Shown: positions 26,896-31,252 of the stretch, piece after piece | How the letters are laid out: the number at the start of each line of letters is the position of its first letter | How positions within the stretch are numbered: position 1 is the stretch's first letter | Assembly: GCA_038230375.1 (NCBI GenBank) | Contig: JBBRNJ010000095.1 | Coordinates: 1-31,252, forward strand | Length of the DNA: 31,252 nt | Source: Polyangiales bacterium | GTDB taxonomy: Bacteria > Myxococcota_A > Polyangia > Polyangiales > Polyangiaceae | Reading direction: 5' to 3' | Translations under genes and position numbers: made by a program | Notes under the pieces: generated by a model | What the model was told of the DNA's origin: nothing | The model's database searches: none | The model's input: only the letters and a program-made list of their open reading frames with translations

Positions 26896-27633
26896 TCAGA
26901 ATGATCTCGAGAACAGTGGGACCATCACCGGTACCGCCACAGCTGTCTCCCTGTGGAGCCACGGCCCGCTCCGATGCGCATCCGCGAACGTGTCGACGGC
27001 GGGTGGCGGAAGCTTCGTGAGCGAGATCAGCTGGGTCGCTTCCGAGCCGCTCGAGCCGACGATGGTGACGATGCCGTAGATCGCCATGGTGCCCGTGACC
27101 AGCGTGAGGGCGCCCCCCGTGATCGCCAGGCCGTTCGCGATGTCGTGATTCGTGTTGCTGGAGGCGGCGAGCGCCTCCGCGACGAGTGCGACGTAGTCGA
27201 GTATCAGCGAGCCATTGAAGCCCACCGCACCGACGATCGCGAACACGATCCCCCGCGTCCGCGCACTGTCATCCGCGGGATTGCATTCGAGCGAGACGGT
27301 TTGACCTGGCTGCGCCTGCAGCCGAAATACGTTCTGCTTCTGACCTTTGCCAGAGAACTGATACTCGTCGTCGAGCGGGAGCTCTGCATCGCAAGGCGCA
27401 GCGCACGCCCGGAGAAACTCCGTTGTGCCCGGCGCGCGGTGGAGCAACGTCGCGGGCGTTGGAGAGTCGATGTGCACGCGGACCGTAGGCCCCGGCGCCG
27501 CTTGCACCACGACGACAACGGGGGGAGCCGGAGGCGAAGCGGACAGCGCGGGAGGCAACTGCTCCTGTGCCCAGCCCACACGCGGAACGAGAAGCGCAAG
27601 CGAGACCAACGCGGCGATGGTACGTTTCACCAT
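26896..27633 (-). CDS. Secreted/membrane protein with small beta domain (C.APC) and two C-terminal hydrophobic segments
   Basis: Signal MVKRTIAALVSLALLVPRVGWAQ; RACAAPCD; C-terminal aromatic ending (FSRSF) typical of myxobacterial envelope proteins. Confidence 0.75.
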   Translation of the reverse strand: MVKRTIAALVSLALLVPRVGWAQEQLPPALSASPPAPPVVVVVQAAPGPTVRVHIDSPTPATLLHRAPGTTEFLRACAAPCDAELPLDDEYQFSGKGQKQNVFRLQAQPGQTVSLECNPADDSARTRGIVFAIVGAVGFNGSLILDYVALVAEALAASSNTNHDIANGLAITGGALTLVTGTMAIYGIVTIVGSSGSEATQLISLTKLPPPAVDTFADAHRSGPWLHRETAVAVPVMVPLFSRSF

Positions 27634-27662
27634 GGAAATGATCGCGCGTGTCTGCGCGTGCG

Positions 27663-28433
27663 TCAACCCGGAGGTGGCGGCAGGAGTACGCTGCAACCGT
27701 AGGCGCGCGTGTCTGCCTTGAAGGCACAGACGGCCTGCCCGTAGGGGACGTCGGTCTTGCACTGCGTATTTGCCGTGCAGGTATCCCGCGATGTTCGGCA
27801 GTACCGAGCACCCATGTGATCCGGATCGCAGGCGAATCCGCGACCGCAGTCCGCGTCGGTGCGGCAGTTACCCGCCGTGCACATGTTCGCCATTCCTGAC
27901 GTGCCGCACGCGCATAGCGTGTCTTTTGCGCAATCGCGGTCCGAGACGCACGCGTCGAGCGGGAGGCAGCGGTTGCGCTCCGTGCCCACTCCCGAGCGGC
28001 ACTCGCATCGCAACTGCGGTCCGCACTCCGCGTCGGACTGGCATCGGTCGTAGACGCAGACGGATCGCACGGGCGGAGGTGGTGGTGCCGCAAGCAGGTT
28101 CGATGTGCGGGTCGGCCCGCGTTGATCCCACTCCACGGCGACCCCGTTCTTCACACAGCGACCTTCTTTGCCATTCGTGCAGTCTGCATCGGATTTGCAG
28201 CTCTCGGGCGAGGAGCCCGTCCCGGGTGGAACGGCCCGCGCCGGACACACCGCGCCGTGCGAAACACTGGCCGGTGCGCACGTCCCCACCGCAGCGGCAC
28301 GCACGGATTGGGTTGCCTGGGGTGTGGCCACGGGCTCGGGTTCTGGACGGCACGCGGCGGTGAGCACGACGAGGACCAGGGGCACGTGACTGAAGAGGCG
28401 CGCGGGCTGGGAGATCGCATGAGATACGCTCAT
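27663..28433 (-). CDS. Lipoprotein with tandem CxxDxDC Cys-rich repeats
   Basis: Lipobox TAAC; CKSDADC, CQSDAEC, CVSDRDC, CRTDADC and CTANTQC. Confidence 0.85.
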   Translation of the reverse strand: MSVSHAISQPARLFSHVPLVLVVLTAACRPEPEPVATPQATQSVRAAAVGTCAPASVSHGAVCPARAVPPGTGSSPESCKSDADCTNGKEGRCVKNGVAVEWDQRGPTRTSNLLAAPPPPPVRSVCVYDRCQSDAECGPQLRCECRSGVGTERNRCLPLDACVSDRDCAKDTLCACGTSGMANMCTAGNCRTDADCGRGFACDPDHMGARYCRTSRDTCTANTQCKTDVPYGQAVCAFKADTRAYGCSVLLPPPPG

Positions 28434-28513
28434 TGCGCGAATGTACCTCAGCTTGCGCGACGTAGGCTGGCGGGCTGCCTCGAGGCGCCTTCGACGACAA
28501 CGCTTGGTGTTTT

Positions 28514-29086
28514 TCAGCGATCCATCTTTCCGACGCGCGTGAGGAAGTCGCTGAGCTCGTCTGCGTGCTCCTCCTCTTGGGCCAGGATCCCCTCGAGCAT
28601 CCGGCGCGTGGTCGCGTCGGTCTCGCCCACATAGCGAATCATCGCCGCGTAGACGTCGATCGCGATGCGCTCTGCGACCAGGTCCTCTTCGAGCATCTGC
28701 TGCAGCGTGTCGCCGGCGACGTACTGCGCGTGCGAACGTTGCGCGAGGCCTTCCGGATTGAAGTCCGGGCGGCCGCCGAGCTGGACGATGCGCTCTGCGA
28801 TCTTGTCTGCGTGCGCCTGCTCCTCCTCGGCATGCATGGCGAACTCCTTCGTGACCGCGAACCCGGCGATCCCGCCGAGATTGGCCGACATGAAATGGTG
28901 TCGCTTGTAGCGCAGGACGCACACGAGCTCCGTCGCAAGAGCCTCGTTCAGGATGCCGACGATGGTCTCGCGATCACCGCGATAGCCGCCGGTCACGGCG
29001 CCATCCTTGATGTGGTCCCGCGCTCGCTTTTGAATCGCCGCGATGTCGATTGCGAATCCACCGCTCTTTGCTTGGCTGCTTTCCAT
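28514..29086 (-). CDS. Bacterioferritin-like / DpsL-type ferritin-family protein
   Basis: LNEALATELVCVLRY, EEQAHADKIAERIVQLGG.P, EDLVAERIAI and EEEHAD; SD AGAGGAG. Confidence 0.92.
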   Translation of the reverse strand: MESSQAKSGGFAIDIAAIQKRARDHIKDGAVTGGYRGDRETIVGILNEALATELVCVLRYKRHHFMSANLGGIAGFAVTKEFAMHAEEEQAHADKIAERIVQLGGRPDFNPEGLAQRSHAQYVAGDTLQQMLEEDLVAERIAIDVYAAMIRYVGETDATTRRMLEGILAQEEEHADELSDFLTRVGKMDR

Positions 29087-29122
29087 AGTCCTGCTCCTCT
29101 TGTTGCTTGGCGGACGGACCTC

Positions 29123-29138
29123 TGCATCGTCGGTGCCA
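29123..29138 (-). promoter_or_regulatory. Putative sigma54 (-24/-12) promoter for the ferritin gene
   Basis: Minus strand TGGCACCGACGATGCA = GG-N10-GC, ending 36 nt upstream of the ATG. Confidence 0.65.
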
Positions 29139-29237
29139 GGCGCCGCGTGTCGAGGAAGCGCGGCTGGGAGCGCGAAGCGGGTGTGGCAATCGCGCTCCGA
29201 AGCGCCGAACTGTGGCGCACTTGCGCGCAGACGGCGT

Positions 29238-29253
29238 TGGCACGCGTGTCGCT
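29238..29253 (+). promoter_or_regulatory. Putative sigma54 (-24/-12) promoter for the YihY gene
   Basis: TGGCACGCGTGTCGCT = GG-N10-GC, 12 nt upstream of ATG 29266. Confidence 0.6.
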
Positions 29254-29265
29254 AACACGCGCACC

Positions 29266-30189
29266 ATGGCACTCAGGCGAGTGGGGCAGCTTTTTGTCCG
29301 AGCCGGCTCCAACTTCGTCGACGACAGCTGCTGGAGATTGGCCGCATCGCTGTCGTATGCCGCCGTGTTCTCGATCTTCCCGTTGCTCCTCCTTTGCGCG
29401 GGGACACTTGGGTTCGTGCTCGGCGACGACGACTCCGTGCGGCAACGGCTGGTCGCGCTCTTCTCCGACCTGCTGACTCCCACGTCTCGTCCCCTCCTGG
29501 ACGAGACCCTGCACAGCTTGCAGACGCATCGCGGTGCACGCGGCGTAGGCGTTCTGGTCGGCGCCATCACCCTGCTGTTCGGTGCGAGCGGTGTCTTCTC
29601 CGAACTGCAGGCATCTCTCGACACCATCTGGCGCGTGCCGCCGCTGAAGCACGCGAGCACGTGGCCGGCAGTCGTCGCCGCCGTGCGCGATCGCGGCATG
29701 GCGTTCCTGATCGTAGCCGGGGCCGCAATGCTGCTCCTGGCGTCGCTCGCGGCGAGCTCGATCTTGAGCAGCCTTGCGCACAGCGAGCTCGGGGTGAACG
29801 GCGACGCGGCGTTCTGGCGCGCGATGGAGATGGCGGCGTCGATCGTCCTGCAAACAGCACTGCTTGCAACGCTCTTTCGCGTGATCCCACACGCCCGGGT
29901 CCGCTGGAGCGACGTGCTCGGCGGGAGCCTGCTCACATCGATAACGCTGACGCTGCTCAAGATCGCGATGGACCACTATCTCTCGGGCATCGGCAGCTAT
30001 GCCGCGTACGGAGCGGTCGGCGCGGTGCTCGCGCTACTGCTCTGGGTCTATCTGGCCGCCATGGTGTTCTTCTACGGCGCGGAGGTGTGTCACTCGTACG
30101 CCACCGAATTCGGGAGCCTGCGGCAGCGCAGTGTTGCGACAACTGGGGCGGAATTGCGTGGGCAGTGTCGCGTGTCGGACGCGGCGTGA
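29266..30189 (+). CDS. YihY/BrkB-family inner membrane protein
   Basis: AASLSYAAVFSIFPLLL, LFGASGVF.ELQ.SL..IW and YGAVGAVLALLLWVY...FFYGAE. Confidence 0.93.
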   Translation: MALRRVGQLFVRAGSNFVDDSCWRLAASLSYAAVFSIFPLLLLCAGTLGFVLGDDDSVRQRLVALFSDLLTPTSRPLLDETLHSLQTHRGARGVGVLVGAITLLFGASGVFSELQASLDTIWRVPPLKHASTWPAVVAAVRDRGMAFLIVAGAAMLLLASLAASSILSSLAHSELGVNGDAAFWRAMEMAASIVLQTALLATLFRVIPHARVRWSDVLGGSLLTSITLTLLKIAMDHYLSGIGSYAAYGAVGAVLALLLWVYLAAMVFFYGAEVCHSYATEFGSLRQRSVATTGAELRGQCRVSDAA

Positions 30190-30232
30190 TGACGCACGCG
30201 TTCGGGGCATGGGGAATGCACCACAGACGGCC

Positions 30233-30532
30233 ATGCACACACTCGATATGTCCGTACGGCCCCCTCCCGTGACCGCGACCGCCGAGGTCAACGCACTCCT
30301 CGACCAGGCTGCCGACTTCGTGCGAAACGCGGATCCCCACGCGGCCGCGTCCCGCGCGACGGACGCGCTCCGTCTTGCCGAGCACCGCTGCCCCGCCGAT
30401 CTGGAGCTCCGCGACAAGGTCATGCTCGTACTCGATCGGTGCATGCTGGCCGTGTACGAGGTGCGCGCGATGGCCGTTCACCGGGCGCACGAGCACGCGA
30501 ACATCGAAGCCGCAGCGCAAGAGCCTCGCTAG
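30233..30532 (+). CDS. Small helical hypothetical protein
   Basis: Coding-like GC3 bias and amphipathic helices. Start is 30233 or 30248. Confidence 0.55.
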   Translation: MHTLDMSVRPPPVTATAEVNALLDQAADFVRNADPHAAASRATDALRLAEHRCPADLELRDKVMLVLDRCMLAVYEVRAMAVHRAHEHANIEAAAQEPR

Positions 30533-30640
30533 AACGCCCCACTCAGCGCCGCATCGCGACACCGGACACCCTGTTTTTTCCCGATTTTCTTCGGGCCTGG
30601 AAGTTGCTCATCCGCCGTTCGAGATGGAGACGCTTTGAAC

Positions 30641-31252
30641 ATGCCAGCCACGGGCTCTTCCGCCGATGTTAGGGACTCCAACATCGAAGTGAGGCAAGCG
30701 GAGGCGCTGCTCAGGACTGGCGCGTTGCAGAACGCCATCTTCAACAGCGCGAACTTCTCGAGCATCGCCACCGACGCGAATGGCGTCATCCAGATCTTCA
30801 ACGTGGGCGCCGAGCGAATGCTTGGCTATGCCGCCACCGACGTGACGAACAAGAACACGCCCGCCGACATCTCGGATCCGCTCGAGCTCGTCGCTCGCGC
30901 GACTGCGCTCAGCGTGGAGCTCGGGACCACGATCACGCCGGGCTTCGAGGCCCTGGTGTTCAAGGCTTCGCGCGGCATCGAAGACATCTACGAGCTGACC
31001 TACATTCGCAAGGACGGGAGCCGCTTCCCCGCGGTGGTCTCGGTCACCGCGCTGCGTGATGCGCACGGCGCCATCATCGGCTACCTGCTCATTGGCACCG
31101 ACAACACGGCGCGCAAGAAGGCGGAAGAGGCGCTGCGGCAGGCAGGCGCTTTGCAGAACGCCATCTTCAACAGCGCGAACTTCTCGAGCATCGCCACCGA
31201 CGCGAAGGGCGGAAAGCACTTGAGAAGGGTCGGCGCCGAGGGATGCGGTGGG
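30641..31252 (+). CDS. Partial (3'-truncated) multi-PAS sensor protein, probably a histidine kinase (absent from the ORF track)
   Basis: MPATGSS...GALQNAIFNSANFSSIATDANGVIQIFNVGAERMLGY...ELTYIRKDGSRFPAVVSVTALRD...IGYLLIGTDNTARK (PAS+PAC), followed by the start of a second copy. Confidence 0.9.
   Translation, partial: MPATGSSADVRDSNIEVRQAEALLRTGALQNAIFNSANFSSIATDANGVIQIFNVGAERMLGYAATDVTNKNTPADISDPLELVARATALSVELGTTITPGFEALVFKASRGIEDIYELTYIRKDGSRFPAVVSVTALRDAHGAIIGYLLIGTDNTARKKAEEALRQAGALQNAIFNSANFSSIATDAKGGKHLRRVGAEGCGG
30719..31206 (+). repeat. 62-bp direct repeat (30719-30780 and 31145-31206, one mismatch) marking tandem PAS units with a 426-bp period
   Basis: GGCGC(G/T)TTGCAGAACGCCATCTTCAACAGCGCGAACTTCTCGAGCATCGCCACCGACGCGAA occurs twice. 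Confidence 0.9.

Noticed and set aside
27663..28922. 419-aa ORF overlapping the ferritin gene
   Set aside because: The upstream extension is an alternate-frame shadow. The lipoprotein starts near 28433.
30719..31206. 62-bp direct repeat as a CRISPR or mobile-element end
   Set aside because: Only two copies, in frame, 426 bp apart; explained by tandem PAS domains.
1..31252. tRNA, rRNA, CRISPR array, transposase/integrase or biosynthetic (RiPP/NRPS/PKS) cluster
   Set aside because: No cloverleaf with T-loop, no repeat-spacer periodicity and no recognisable recombinase. No maturation enzymes lie next to the CC peptide, so a RiPP reading is unsupported.

Overview
High-GC bacterial DNA that looks myxobacterial (Polyangiales-like), judging by an AgmX/PglI-type C-terminal domain, a MYXO-CTERM-like sorting tail, a TonB-fused receptor and many Cys-rich lipoproteins. 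The window holds about 33 genes, with partial genes at both ends. I found no rRNA, tRNA, CRISPR array or transposase. Most genes are ordinary accessory functions: LysR/SnoaL pair, ClpS, methyltransferase, SDR, DUF885, oxidoreductases, esterase, HD protein, Bfr/DpsL-like ferritin, YihY and a PAS sensor. Two loci stand out. (1) 21277-23961: an 87-nt strand-specific RNA stem-loop directly ahead of a coupled two-gene operon encoding a helical+vWA (Ro60/TROVE-like) protein and an ARPP-2-like protein with a C-terminal HTH; this is a candidate Ro/Y-RNA-like ribonucleoprotein system. (2) 2616-3901: a 59-aa exported peptide with three Cys-Cys repeats, missed by the ORF track, leading an operon with an ECF sigma factor and a membrane protein that also has three Cys-Cys pairs; this is a candidate metal/thiol sensing-and-sequestration module. 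Also notable: back-to-back sigma54 promoters around a palindrome, a microhomology deletion that breaks a tandem-domain gene, a tandem pair of paralogous lipoproteins, an exported ferritin-like lipoprotein behind a TonB receptor, and a Cys-rich diheme lipoprotein. All family assignments come from motif recognition by eye, not from database searches.
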